27,137 nucleotides of DNA. Source: Candidatus Nanoanaerosalina archaeon. Its GTDB lineage: Archaea > Nanohalarchaeota > Nanosalinia > Nanosalinales > Nanoanaerosalinaceae. The DNA lies in assembly GCA_022729285.1 (NCBI GenBank), contig JALDAI010000001.1, positions 1 through 27,137 on the forward strand, given 5' to 3'. How positions within the stretch are numbered: position 1 is the stretch's first letter; each line of letters starts with the position of its first letter. Under the pieces are notes generated by a model, which did not search any database, was not told where the DNA came from, and was given only the letters and a program-made list of their open reading frames with translations. This document shows positions 8,837-18,946 of the stretch, one piece after another. Both the position numbers and the translations under genes were made by a program.

Positions 8837-9553
8837 ATGACCGGAAAACAAAAAGTTGAAACAGACATAGACAGACTCTTGAAATTCTTAGTAGAGAACG
8901 GTGAGACAAGCACCAAAGAAGTCGAAGAAAAGTTAGAAGTTAGCTCAGACCTCTTAGAACTATGGGTTAGAGCACTTGAAAAATCAGGGTTTATTGAGAA
9001 AAAGTTTACAACCTTGAAAGGAACTGTTTTAGCTCCGAAAAAAGAAGATATTAAAGAAAGTCGTAAAGACACCGACAAAACCAGTAAACAGGAAAAACAG
9101 TTAAAAGAACTTGAAAAAGCTAGAAAGCATCTTCTAGAACTTGAAAAAGTTTTTGAACAAGAAGAAAATCTTTTAAGCCACTTAGAAGAGCTTAACGATG
9201 AGATTACAAAGGACCGAGAACTGATAGAAGAACAGATAAAAGACGTTGAAGTAAAGCCAGAAATCGAAGAAATCCTGGAAAAAGCCGATGAAAAAGCCGG
9301 AAAAAACACCGAGATAGAAGAGCAAGCCGAAAAAGTCCATAAGAGAAAAGAAATAATTTTGAAGTATATAGATTCAGTGGACAAAGTCAGAGAAAACATG
9401 AAAAAGAAGCTCAGCTCAGAAACCTGTTGTAACATCTGTGGAAAAGATTTTGAAACAGTTACCGGGATGAAAATCCATAGGACCAAAGTCCATGGAAAAG
9501 ATAAAGGTAAAGAGGAAAAAGAAGACAGTTCCGAGGAAAAAACCGATGATTAA
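8837..9553 (+). CDS. Winged-helix-like / coiled-coil / C2H2 zinc-finger protein
   Basis: N-terminal three-helix-plus-wing pattern (IDRLLKFLVENG...KEVEEKLEV...LELWVRALEKSGFIEK), central E/K heptads, C-x2-C-x12-H-x4-H at 9428-9493. Confidence 0.75.
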   Translation: MTGKQKVETDIDRLLKFLVENGETSTKEVEEKLEVSSDLLELWVRALEKSGFIEKKFTTLKGTVLAPKKEDIKESRKDTDKTSKQEKQLKELEKARKHLLELEKVFEQEENLLSHLEELNDEITKDRELIEEQIKDVEVKPEIEEILEKADEKAGKNTEIEEQAEKVHKRKEIILKYIDSVDKVRENMKKKLSSETCCNICGKDFETVTGMKIHRTKVHGKDKGKEEKEDSSEEKTDD

Positions 9554-9580
9554 AGTCTAAAAATTTTTTAGTAGAAAAGC

Positions 9581-11092
9581 GTGGAAAATATGGAACAAGA
9601 ATACAAGATTGAGGCCGACGGAGTTCCTGTAACAATAAAAGTTACAGACGAAACAGAAGACTACGTACCAAGATATTTTATAGAAAAACCAGAGCTAGAA
9701 GAACCTACAAAAGCATACCTTACAGAAGTAAAAGAAAAATTGATTACCGAAGTTACACTTACAGAAGAAGAGTACATTTCCACATCAAAGATAGAAGAAG
9801 TTAAAGAAAAGTTTACAGACAGCGCAGAACAAATAATTGAAGCCACACTACCCTCTATCAAAGAAGAAGAAAAACAGATACTTGTAGGAAACCTTATACA
9901 TGAACTGTTAGGGATCGGAGACTTAGAGATACTTTTAGCAGACGAAAACCTTGAAGAAATCGTTATAAACAGTGCAGAAGAGCCTGCCTGGACATACCAT
10001 AAAAAGCATGGCTGGGTTAAAACCGATCTAAAAATCGGAGACGAAGACGAGATTAAGAACTACGCATCGATAATAGGTAGAAGAGTTGGAAAACAGATAT
10101 CAAACCTTAACCCTCTTTTAGACGCGCACCTACCATCTGGAGATAGAACAAACGCAACTATAACACCTATATCTACCCAAGGAAATACTATAACCATCCG
10201 AAAATTCGCAAGAGATCCTTGGACAATAACAGATTTTATTAAAAACGGAACAGTTAACACAGAAATATCCGCACTACTATGGCTAGCTATCCAGTACGAA
10301 ATGAACATTCTTGTTTCAGGAGGTACAGGTTCAGGTAAAACATCTTTACTAGGAGTCCTACTGCCTTTTATCCCTCCAAACCAGAGAATAGTTTCTATAG
10401 AGGATACAAGAGAAGTTTCATTACCAGAGTTCCTTCACTGGGTACCGCTTACCACAAGAGAACCTAACCCTGAAGGAAAAGGAGGAGTATCAATGCTTGA
10501 CCTACTGGTCAACTCCTTGAGGATGAGACCGGACAGGATTATTGTAGGAGAGATACGTACAGAAAAACAGGCAGAAGTTCTTTTCGAAGCAATGCATACA
10601 GGCCACTCAGTTTACTCAACACTTCACGCAGACACAGCTATGCAGACTATCAGAAGGTTGAAAAACCCTCCTATAAACGTTCCGAAAACACTTATCGAAG
10701 CGATAGACCTCAACGTAGTCATGTTTCGAGATAGGAGAAGAAACCTTAGAAGAGCTATGCAGGTTGCAGAAGTTATGTCAGACCATATAGGAGAGAAAAC
10801 ACAGGTTAAACCAAATGTGTTATACAGCTGGAGCGCTAACAGAGACAAAATCGAGAAAAAACATGAAAGCCAGTCATTATACGAAAACCTTAGGCTTCAC
10901 GCAGGACTTGAAAAAGAAGAGATAGAAGAAAGCCTTAAGGACAGGAGAAAAATTTTGAACTGGATGGTTGAAAACGAGATAAACCAGGTTAATACTGTTG
11001 GAAAAGTTATAGCAGAGTTTTACCAGAACGAAGAAAGAGTTGTGGGAATGGTAGAAGACGATGTAGATCCTGAAGAGCTCTACTCACTTTAA
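9581..11092 (+). CDS. Second type II/IV secretion ATPase (CpaF/TadA/VirB11 family)
   Basis: Walker A GGTGSGKT, SIEDTRE, RPDRIIVGEIR, TGHSVYSTLH. GTG start. Confidence 0.93.
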   Translation: MENMEQEYKIEADGVPVTIKVTDETEDYVPRYFIEKPELEEPTKAYLTEVKEKLITEVTLTEEEYISTSKIEEVKEKFTDSAEQIIEATLPSIKEEEKQILVGNLIHELLGIGDLEILLADENLEEIVINSAEEPAWTYHKKHGWVKTDLKIGDEDEIKNYASIIGRRVGKQISNLNPLLDAHLPSGDRTNATITPISTQGNTITIRKFARDPWTITDFIKNGTVNTEISALLWLAIQYEMNILVSGGTGSGKTSLLGVLLPFIPPNQRIVSIEDTREVSLPEFLHWVPLTTREPNPEGKGGVSMLDLLVNSLRMRPDRIIVGEIRTEKQAEVLFEAMHTGHSVYSTLHADTAMQTIRRLKNPPINVPKTLIEAIDLNVVMFRDRRRNLRRAMQVAEVMSDHIGEKTQVKPNVLYSWSANRDKIEKKHESQSLYENLRLHAGLEKEEIEESLKDRRKILNWMVENEINQVNTVGKVIAEFYQNEERVVGMVEDDVDPEELYSL

Positions 11093-11116
11093 TCTTCTAA
11101 ACCAAGGATAGCTAGA

Positions 11117-11437
11117 TTAACCTTGGAACTCTAGATGGATGTTGTGATCCCCTTCCTCAGAAACTAGCTGAGACAAAACTTCTTTAACACCTTCAGAAGC
11201 AAGACTGCTTCCTTTATGGTCCTCAATCTTGTTTACAACATACTTAACCAAGAAAACAACATCTTCCTTATCAATACCTAACTCATCGATAGTTCTGTGA
11301 ACGCTCTCCATCCTCCAGTGGTGTCTCATATCGTCCCTTATACCTTTCATAGTTTCAAGCTTCTCCTTTTCAATCTCCAACATCTTTCTCTCATACTCAG
11401 AGAGCTCAGACTCCTGGTCAAAACTTTGTTCATCCAT
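11117..11437 (-). CDS. Hypothetical protein (106 aa, helical)
   Basis: ATG-started ORF fitting the gap between the ATPase and TadC genes without overlap. Composition is protein-like. Confidence 0.65.
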   Translation of the reverse strand: MDEQSFDQESELSEYERKMLEIEKEKLETMKGIRDDMRHHWRMESVHRTIDELGIDKEDVVFLVKYVVNKIEDHKGSSLASEGVKEVLSQLVSEEGDHNIHLEFQG

Positions 11438-11523
11438 ACAAGAAATGTTTGTATAAGTAAAATAAAACAGTTACCCATTTTAGAAGTAATCTTTTATGTC
11501 AAAACAGACAAAAGGTTAGATAG

Positions 11524-12429
11524 ATGTCAAGAGACGGGAGCGACGAAAAAACAGAACAGAAAGATAATGAAAGCAAAGCAGGCTTTAAAGAGAGATCAGT
11601 CAGTAAACTACTCCCCTTAGCAGAAAAAATCAAACACTTCTTCCCAAACCTGAAAAAAGAAATGTTACAGGCCGAAATAAAAGATAAAAGCGACACAGAG
11701 TTTTTAGCAGAACAGATTTTTTCAGCGCTAAGACTTGCACTGTACACATTAGTAGGATTATTTGCTGTAGGAATAATTTTCGAAGACCCACAGTTTTACA
11801 GATACGCAGCACTTTCATTCCCGGTAATACTTCTTTTCGGAACATTTACATTCGCTAAAAAACCGAAAGCACAGGTTAACAAAAGGATGAGAAAAATAGA
11901 GAAAGAACTTCCCTACGCCATGAGACATATTTTAGTCGAAGTTCAGTCAGGAATCCCTCTATACCAAGCAATGGTATCCGTTACAAAAGGCTACGGAGAA
12001 GTTTCCGAAGAGTTCCAGAAAATAGTTTCAGAGATCAATGCGGGAAAGGACGAAGTTAAAGCACTGGAAAACGCTGTACTACGGAACCCTTCCCAACAGT
12101 TTAGAAGAGGTATTTGGCAGATAATAAACGCTATAAGATCAGGTTCAGATATTTCAAATGCGCTTGAATCACTTGTTGACAGCCTTATAGAAAACCAGGT
12201 ATTAGAAGTTGAAGAGTATGGAGAAGAGCTAAACCCTTACACCTTGATGTACATGCTAGCAGCTATAATAACCCCTTCACTAGGAGTAACGTTTTTCATG
12301 ATGTTAACAACCTTTACAGGCGCAGAAGTAGGTAACAACGTTTTCTACATAGTTTTAGCAGGACTAGTCGTGTTCCAAGTATTTTTCATAAACCTTATAT
12401 CAACTAAAAGACCTCAGGTGAAAACATGA
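11524..12429 (+). CDS. Type II secretion system F / TadB-TadC platform protein
   Basis: IEKELPYAMRHILVEVQSGIPLYQAM, YGEVSEEF, NPSQQFRRGIWQIINAIRSGSDI, with TM pairs at the N- and C-terminal parts. Confidence 0.92.
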   Translation: MSRDGSDEKTEQKDNESKAGFKERSVSKLLPLAEKIKHFFPNLKKEMLQAEIKDKSDTEFLAEQIFSALRLALYTLVGLFAVGIIFEDPQFYRYAALSFPVILLFGTFTFAKKPKAQVNKRMRKIEKELPYAMRHILVEVQSGIPLYQAMVSVTKGYGEVSEEFQKIVSEINAGKDEVKALENAVLRNPSQQFRRGIWQIINAIRSGSDISNALESLVDSLIENQVLEVEEYGEELNPYTLMYMLAAIITPSLGVTFFMMLTTFTGAEVGNNVFYIVLAGLVVFQVFFINLISTKRPQVKT

Positions 12430-13394
12430 ACAACGGAAGAGTCGCCAAAACAGTTTACCACCTACTACCGGATAAGTATACAGACAAAGTAGAGAAAGAA
12501 GCAAAGTACGCCAGGATCAGTAATTATGAACAGACAACCTTTCAGATAATCTCTTTCTCAGCAATGCTTTCCGTACTGTTCATCACACTCTTCCTACAAA
12601 ACACCACCTATAGAATAGCCGCAGCAGCTATTTTAACACCTATAATCTTTGCTCTACCCTATGTAGTTGTAAGCCTTTACGCAAACAACAGAAAAAACGA
12701 AATAGAACAGACATTACCCGTTGCACTAAACCTTATCAGCTCAAACATGAAATCAGGCCTTACAGTCGACAAATCATTTCTTTTATCAGCAAGAGACGAG
12801 TTCGGACCTTTAGCAACAGATCTTAAAAACACAGCCATGGACATGTTTGGAGGAACACCTGTAAGCGAAGCACTTACAAATCTTGCAGAATCAACTAACT
12901 CAGAACTTTTTAAACAAACTCTTACACTGTTAAAAGACGGTATAGAAACAGGAGGAACCGTTTCACAACTTTTAGAAGCATCGGCTAAAGACGTTCAGAA
13001 ATCCTTGAGACTTAGGAAAGAAATAGCAGCCAACGTTAAGATGTACTCAATGTTTATCATAATCGCATCAGTGATAGGAGCACCGCTCCTTTTCAGCGTA
13101 TCCGTCCATCTAACAGAGGAAACAGCAAGCATGTGGGAAGACGATACAATAGACTTCGAAGACCTTCCAGCGACAAGAGGAGGGTTTACACCGGAGCAGC
13201 CATCCTTCCGACCAGAGTTTTTCGAAAACTTTGCATTAGCCGCCCTGATCATCTCAAACATTTCAGCATCCTTCCTGATATCTGTGATTAAAAAAGGACA
13301 CTTCAAAGACGGGATAAAGTATGCACCGGTCTACACTTTCTCAGCAGTAGGTATCTTCTACCTCACAAACTATGTGATAGGGCTTGTTCTGTAA
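12426..13394 (+). CDS. Second type II secretion system F / TadC platform protein
   Basis: IEQTLPVALNLISSNMKSGLT, EFGPL, NSELFKQTLTLLKDGIETGG. ATGA overlap with the preceding gene. Confidence 0.92.
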   Translation: MNNGRVAKTVYHLLPDKYTDKVEKEAKYARISNYEQTTFQIISFSAMLSVLFITLFLQNTTYRIAAAAILTPIIFALPYVVVSLYANNRKNEIEQTLPVALNLISSNMKSGLTVDKSFLLSARDEFGPLATDLKNTAMDMFGGTPVSEALTNLAESTNSELFKQTLTLLKDGIETGGTVSQLLEASAKDVQKSLRLRKEIAANVKMYSMFIIIASVIGAPLLFSVSVHLTEETASMWEDDTIDFEDLPATRGGFTPEQPSFRPEFFENFALAALIISNISASFLISVIKKGHFKDGIKYAPVYTFSAVGIFYLTNYVIGLVL

Positions 13395-13408
13395 AAAAAC
13401 TACAAAAC

Positions 13409-13416
13409 TTTTATAC
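13409..13416 (+). promoter_or_regulatory. Putative TATA box for the downstream pilin
   Basis: TTTTATAC preceded by an A-rich BRE-like stretch, about 22-31 nt upstream of ATG 13438/13447. The same octamer lies upstream of the 19759 operon. Confidence 0.5.
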
Positions 13417-13437
13417 CATACTCCACCTAAAAGATTA

Positions 13438-13902
13438 ATGATACCGATGAAAACACAAAGAAAAGGACAATCAGCAATAGAGTACCTGAGCACATACGGA
13501 TGGGCTCTCTTAGCGATTGTAGTTGTAGGAGCAGTTCTTCTGCAGATGGGAGTTTTCGACCAGTGTAGTACTTCATCACCTATGTTTACAGGCCAGTCCT
13601 TCGACCTAGAAGACTGGGCTTTCGTAGGAGAAGATGAAATCACTATGCAGTTCGTTGCAATCGACAACGACGTTGAGATCACAGAAATAGAGCTTGACAT
13701 AGACGGAGAAGATTCCATTGTAGAAGACTTTTCAGAAGATCCTATTGAAGTACCAGTAGGAGAATCCGAGACAGCTACACTCACCCATGACCTAGCATCA
13801 GGAACCTGCGCATCAGGAAGTTTAGAAGTTACTTTCAACGCAGGAGAGATCGAGGGTCAGAGAGCTATTGGAGACGGTAGCCTAAGAGGAAGAGCTCCAT
13901 AA
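13438..13902 (+). CDS. Type IV pilin (QSAIEY-type), candidate major pilin of the second system
   Basis: RKG|QSAIEYLSTYGWALLAIVVVGAVLLQMGVF with E+5 and two Cys. Start moved from the track's 13384 to ATG 13438 (or 13447). Confidence 0.88.
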   Translation: MIPMKTQRKGQSAIEYLSTYGWALLAIVVVGAVLLQMGVFDQCSTSSPMFTGQSFDLEDWAFVGEDEITMQFVAIDNDVEITEIELDIDGEDSIVEDFSEDPIEVPVGESETATLTHDLASGTCASGSLEVTFNAGEIEGQRAIGDGSLRGRAP

Positions 13903-13944
13903 GTTCTTCTACCCATCTTTTTTATTTTTTTAGAAACTTACCGG

Positions 13945-15207
13945 TTAGTAAACTAATTCCTCAACACCCAAGTATTCTACGTACTCCTTATCTAAGAGAA
14001 ACCATGAAAAACCATCCATGTCAGAAACTCCTTTAATCCTTTCCAAAGAACCCACTTCATCAGTAAAGTACTTGTGACCGACAGCAGATCTTTCCCGGTA
14101 GCTGAAATCAGCAGGAAGCTGTCTTACATCAACAAAGTATCCAAAACCTTTAGAACCCTGTTTCTCAGGCTTACCCATTCTCTCCAAAAAACCAGGAGCG
14201 ATTGAAGACTCGAAAAAACAGCCATCCCTAACCTTTTCAAGCAAAAAAGTTTCATAGACAGATTCTTCAGATAAAACAGTTACAGAACCTTGTCTAAACT
14301 CTAGGTCGGAAAACTCCACGCCTCCAACATAAGCATCAAAGCTCGAACCCGAATTACAGACGTTTTCAGGGTCTTCCTCATCCTTAGATACCACACCAGC
14401 GTAGCCTTGTAAATACTCTAGGTCAGAACCGCATATATCCTCAACAAAAATTACAGACTCCTTCCTTTCAAAACTATTAGAAGAACCGTACTCAACAGGA
14501 AATCCGCTGACAAAGCTTCCGCCATCGTTGGTTTCAGAATCATTGTAGCGAAAAGTAGATCCTTCAAACTTTTCTCCAATAAAGCGTTCCTCGTCACAAC
14601 GGTCGATTATTTTACTAACCCTTCCATCAGTTTCCAATGCGGTCAAAGGATCCTCCAAACCTTCAGAACCTACAAAAACATCTTTAGAAACATTGGAGAA
14701 AGTGTAACCCGTATCTTCTCCTCTTATACCGACCTCCATAGAGTAACTTGTACCAAAAACCATGTCAAAACCTTTATCGACTACTTCTAAACTTTCAAAA
14801 CTATAATCAAAAATGTAGCCAGTGCCATCAGACTCATCCCTTATAGAGCTTTCCCAGTCAGAAAAAGTAGAATCCTCCATAACCGATCTCTCCTCACCTT
14901 CAAGAGTTCCGTTGTAAAAAACCTCCTCAAAGTTTTCCTCAAAAGTTTCAGAAGAGTAAGAACCGTTCAAAACATCCTGGTAAACAGCTAAAACAGTTCT
15001 AGAACCAGCAGACTCAACGCCTCGGACCATGTCGTCTTCAACACTTCTAGTAAAAGAAGTCAATCCCTCAACCTGTTCAACTAACAAGCCGTCATCAAAA
15101 GAAGAATGGCCAAAAGGAGCGATTAGACCAAGAAAAACAAGGTTTAAGATGAACAAAGCGAAAACAGTGTACATAAAACCCTTCCTACTGTTTTTTATTA
15201 AATTCAC
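13945..15207 (-). CDS. Large class III signal peptide protein (minor pilin / tip component)
   Basis: RKG|FMYTVFALFILNLVFLGLI. GTG at 15207 makes a GTGA overlap with the upstream stop and has a GGAGG-type RBS, so it is preferred over the track's 15252. GLEDPL motif and a very acidic extracellular domain. Confidence 0.8.
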   Translation of the reverse strand: MNLIKNSRKGFMYTVFALFILNLVFLGLIAPFGHSSFDDGLLVEQVEGLTSFTRSVEDDMVRGVESAGSRTVLAVYQDVLNGSYSSETFEENFEEVFYNGTLEGEERSVMEDSTFSDWESSIRDESDGTGYIFDYSFESLEVVDKGFDMVFGTSYSMEVGIRGEDTGYTFSNVSKDVFVGSEGLEDPLTALETDGRVSKIIDRCDEERFIGEKFEGSTFRYNDSETNDGGSFVSGFPVEYGSSNSFERKESVIFVEDICGSDLEYLQGYAGVVSKDEEDPENVCNSGSSFDAYVGGVEFSDLEFRQGSVTVLSEESVYETFLLEKVRDGCFFESSIAPGFLERMGKPEKQGSKGFGYFVDVRQLPADFSYRERSAVGHKYFTDEVGSLERIKGVSDMDGFSWFLLDKEYVEYLGVEELVY

Positions 15208-17873
15208 TCCCTCCACACCTCCACCGAAACCTTTGAAGGACCCCAGAGCCAACTTAAACCATCATAAACACTGTCCTCAAAAGTGAAATCCTCCTCATCA
15301 AGACGAAAATCGACTAAACCATCATCGTTGACATCCAAACTGTCTAAAAGCCTTTCAAAAGCATCGTTAACAGCATCGTTTTCAGGATCCCACTCATCAG
15401 ATTGGTTGCCTACACAGAGCTCAAATGAATCAAAACGAGTTTCAACAGTTCTACAACCGCCTTCAGCCCTTTCAAAGACATCGCCGTAACCCGAAACCCC
15501 GTCAACATTTAAGTCGTAAACAAAACGAGACGAAGGACTTCCACCAGCCCTTTCATCCCACGAAGAACCTGTATCAACAGAAAAGTTGTTCCAACCATAA
15601 GAAACAGCTTTAGAAGGCACACCTATGCGGAAAGGAGCTCCTAAACTTTCATAATCGTCGCCAAAGCTGTCAAGACGGAACAAGTAGTTCCATCCACCGT
15701 CCTCATACAAAACTCTGTCCAGCCAGTAACGAGAAGAGTAAGAGATAAGACGGACATCAGAAGGTTCAGAGCCTTCAGGTACGTAGAAAGAACCGTTTTT
15801 AGGAGAGTTCACCTCATCACCGAAAGTATCCGATTCAAAAGACATAGGGATTCTACCGAAAGAAGACCTTTCACCGGTTTCCTCATCGTACTCAAAACTT
15901 AGGTGAGAGCTTTCATCCAGAGAAACATTCTCCAGCTCACCCTCTCTAACCTCTAAGTACTGCTCCTCATAAGAAGCCATCAAGATATCCTCAGAAACAC
16001 GGCTGTAAACCTCCTCTAACTCAGCAACAGTAGCATAATAATACTCACCCTGGCCACACTCAGCCATCTCCCTTAAAGTCTCCTGATCAACCTCAGAAGT
16101 CGGTCCGAAACCGATAGTGTAAACCTCGATACCGTGCTCCTCATAAGCCTCACAAGCAGAATCAATAGCCTCCTGAGCAGGATCACCGCCGTAACAGTCC
16201 TGGTTAGCTACACCGTCACTCATAACAACCATAGACCTGTAGTTAGAAGGATCAGAATCTTCTAACATCCTTGTAGTAGCATCCTCAACACCGCAACAGA
16301 TACAAGTACCTCCTGAAGCCTCCCAGCCATCAACAGTGTCGTAAAGAGACTCATGGTCTCTGGAAAGCTCGTGGACATCATCCTCAGAAACAGTGCTTTC
16401 ATACGCGTTAAGACCCACCCTGTTACCCGAAACGTTTAAAACAATGTCTATAAAGTCCTTAGAAACCTCTTTAGCCACATTTATTCTCTCCCTTCCGTAC
16501 TCCATAAAGTCTCCGTCACACGATTCACAGCCGGATTCAGTGTCACAGTCGTTCATCCAACAACAGAAAAGATCGTAGTTTTCACAACTGTTTTGACAGT
16601 CGTAATCATCCTCATCCCCAGGCACATCACAAGCACCCATACTACCGGAAACATCCACTACCGAGAAAACATCAGCGTAACGTCCTTCCAGCTCAGAGAC
16701 ATTCGACATACCTATTCTGAAAGGAAGGTTTTCACCTTCAAAGCTTTCAAGAGAGCCTTCAAGACCTTCATCAATGTCTTCCTTACCCATCTCAACCTCT
16801 TTGTAACCCTCCTCAGAACCTCCTTCATACACCGTTTCACCGCCTAAACTAACAAAAATCGGATGGTCGCTTGTAAACCTTAAATCCAGATTAGCATGCT
16901 CCAAATTTTCAGGGACGAAAGCAGAAGAGTAGAAGTTTATTACACCGTCTATACCCGGTACATCCACTTTTTTAGAACCCGTACCCTCAGATCCAAGCTC
17001 ATCCAAAAAGAAAGAGCCCTGATAATCCACTCTGATAAAACCTCCACTAACAGATCCTTCCTCACCAAAAACAAGTTCGAAACTGTTCTCACCACTATCC
17101 AAAGAATAACATAAGTCCTCCCTCAAGCTTTCAGAGTTGCAGATATCATATTTTTCAGGGTAGAACCCTTGACCTCCGGCCGTAAAGCTTTCAACGTACT
17201 CACCGTTTACGAAAAGATCAAAGCTGTCAGAAGCGGATAACTCCATGTCGACAGAAGAGACATCAACGTCAGAAGGTAGCTCAACCAAACCCGTCAAATT
17301 TCCTTCACCAACATAATTCCCAAAGAAAAAGTACTCAGAAAGCTGTGTACCAGCCTCAGAAACAGAAGCAGAAGCCGTGTAACCCCTTGTTGAACGGTTC
17401 ATCTCAACACCTGACACCATCCTCGAAGAACTGCTTAAAACATCTCGGCTATCCTCACCCTCCTCAGTAGAGTAAACAGTTGTAGAGTCCTCTCCCTCAC
17501 CGAAAACAACGCTGAAACCGTAGCCATCCTTTTCAAAATCCTCAAAAAACGTTTCCAAAACGTTTTCAGCAACATCTTCTTCACCATGAACAACAAGAGA
17601 TCCAACCACCTCTAAAACAGATCCTTCAAACTCAGAACTTTCTAAACCGGTTTCTTCAACAACAGAGCCTCTGTAAGACGAATTAAAAGCGTTTTCAAAC
17701 TCTCTAGTAGATAAAAGGCTTACATAATCCTCAGCAACAACACCAGCATCTTCAAAAGTTGCGAAACCAGGTTCAAAACCGGTATCAGGTATATCCAAAA
17801 CTATGAAAAGACCTGTTAAAAGAAGAAAAATAGCTAGAAAAGCATCGAAGGAAAAGTAGAAGCCTTTTTTCAT
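15204..17873 (-). CDS. Class III signal peptide protein with von Willebrand factor A domain (pilus adhesin candidate)
   Basis: MKKG|FYFSFDAFLAIFLLL. MIDAS DVSGS at 16641-16655, GGT and MVVMSDG motifs, IEVYTIGFG. ATG at 17873 makes an ATGA overlap with the upstream gene. Confidence 0.87.
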   Translation of the reverse strand: MKKGFYFSFDAFLAIFLLLTGLFIVLDIPDTGFEPGFATFEDAGVVAEDYVSLLSTREFENAFNSSYRGSVVEETGLESSEFEGSVLEVVGSLVVHGEEDVAENVLETFFEDFEKDGYGFSVVFGEGEDSTTVYSTEEGEDSRDVLSSSSRMVSGVEMNRSTRGYTASASVSEAGTQLSEYFFFGNYVGEGNLTGLVELPSDVDVSSVDMELSASDSFDLFVNGEYVESFTAGGQGFYPEKYDICNSESLREDLCYSLDSGENSFELVFGEEGSVSGGFIRVDYQGSFFLDELGSEGTGSKKVDVPGIDGVINFYSSAFVPENLEHANLDLRFTSDHPIFVSLGGETVYEGGSEEGYKEVEMGKEDIDEGLEGSLESFEGENLPFRIGMSNVSELEGRYADVFSVVDVSGSMGACDVPGDEDDYDCQNSCENYDLFCCWMNDCDTESGCESCDGDFMEYGRERINVAKEVSKDFIDIVLNVSGNRVGLNAYESTVSEDDVHELSRDHESLYDTVDGWEASGGTCICCGVEDATTRMLEDSDPSNYRSMVVMSDGVANQDCYGGDPAQEAIDSACEAYEEHGIEVYTIGFGPTSEVDQETLREMAECGQGEYYYATVAELEEVYSRVSEDILMASYEEQYLEVREGELENVSLDESSHLSFEYDEETGERSSFGRIPMSFESDTFGDEVNSPKNGSFYVPEGSEPSDVRLISYSSRYWLDRVLYEDGGWNYLFRLDSFGDDYESLGAPFRIGVPSKAVSYGWNNFSVDTGSSWDERAGGSPSSRFVYDLNVDGVSGYGDVFERAEGGCRTVETRFDSFELCVGNQSDEWDPENDAVNDAFERLLDSLDVNDDGLVDFRLDEEDFTFEDSVYDGLSWLWGPSKVSVEVWRE

Positions 17874-18946
17874 CTCCACAACACCGTCTTAACCGTTACA
17901 GGTTTAGTTTCATCTTTTTCAAACAGTAAAGAGCTTCTTTCCATAGGAACCACATCAAACTCACCGGAAGGCCTTTCACCGTAAAAAGGCTTTGAGCCGT
18001 AAAAAGTCTTGGTTAAAACATTACCGTTGTCAGGACTTAAAGATTGCCTCAAACCTTTTTCAAAAGTATCAGAAGAAAGATAGTAGACGGAGTTATCCCA
18101 AGAACAGACACCGCATACGCCGTCACCAACTAGAAAGCCTTGGTCGTAGTTGGAAAAACCGTTAGAACTGTTCTCTAGGCTGATATTTTCGCTTTGATTT
18201 ATTTCATGGTTTAAAACTGAGCTGTTCTCAACAGAAAAGTTTTCAGGAACCTGTTCAAAACCGTTGATACCGTTTAGCTCCGTTAAGTATTCTCCTCCTC
18301 TTATCTGTACAAAAACGTTATCCTCAACAAAGTCTTCTAAAGTATTAATATCACCTATCTGAGCCTCTCCTATAGATACAGCGCAGTCGTACCTAGAAAG
18401 GTTTGAAACGAACTTTTCAGACATTTCTTGTGAAGATCCGTTGTAAACACTGTTCAAAGAAGAGAGGTTTTCAAAACCGTTTCCTTCACCGTAGTAATAC
18501 ATATCCCAGCTACTGTTCGAACTATCCACCGTTTTAACAGTTTCAGTTACTTGATCAGTTAACACAGCAGTACCGCCGTTGCATATACCTCCTACAGAGT
18601 CGACACCGTTGATTTCTATGTAAAAACCGTATCCAAAGATTCTGTTACTTCTTAGAAACTCATCGTAATTCACATAACTTAACCCATTGAACTTTTCAGC
18701 CGACAAACCTCCTTCACCGGTAGAAATACCAGGAACCTTGACATTAGAGTAGTTCCAGTTATTAGGATATCCTTCAGTTCCTAAAAGAATGTTTGAAGTA
18801 GTTCTCAAGTAGTCCTCCATAACTTCGTACTCAGAAAAACCATCAACATCTGTTGAAGCATCTAAAAGAGTGAATGAAAGGTATACCACACCTATAAAAA
18901 CGAACATGCTTACAACCATGTCAGTAGAAAACATCTGGCCTTTCAC
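17870..18946 (-). CDS. Class III signal peptide protein (minor pilin)
   Basis: MKG|QMFSTDMVVSMFVFIGVVYL, then EGYPNNWN. GTG start in a GTGA overlap with the upstream gene. Confidence 0.82.
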   Translation of the reverse strand: MKGQMFSTDMVVSMFVFIGVVYLSFTLLDASTDVDGFSEYEVMEDYLRTTSNILLGTEGYPNNWNYSNVKVPGISTGEGGLSAEKFNGLSYVNYDEFLRSNRIFGYGFYIEINGVDSVGGICNGGTAVLTDQVTETVKTVDSSNSSWDMYYYGEGNGFENLSSLNSVYNGSSQEMSEKFVSNLSRYDCAVSIGEAQIGDINTLEDFVEDNVFVQIRGGEYLTELNGINGFEQVPENFSVENSSVLNHEINQSENISLENSSNGFSNYDQGFLVGDGVCGVCSWDNSVYYLSSDTFEKGLRQSLSPDNGNVLTKTFYGSKPFYGERPSGEFDVVPMERSSLLFEKDETKPVTVKTVLWR

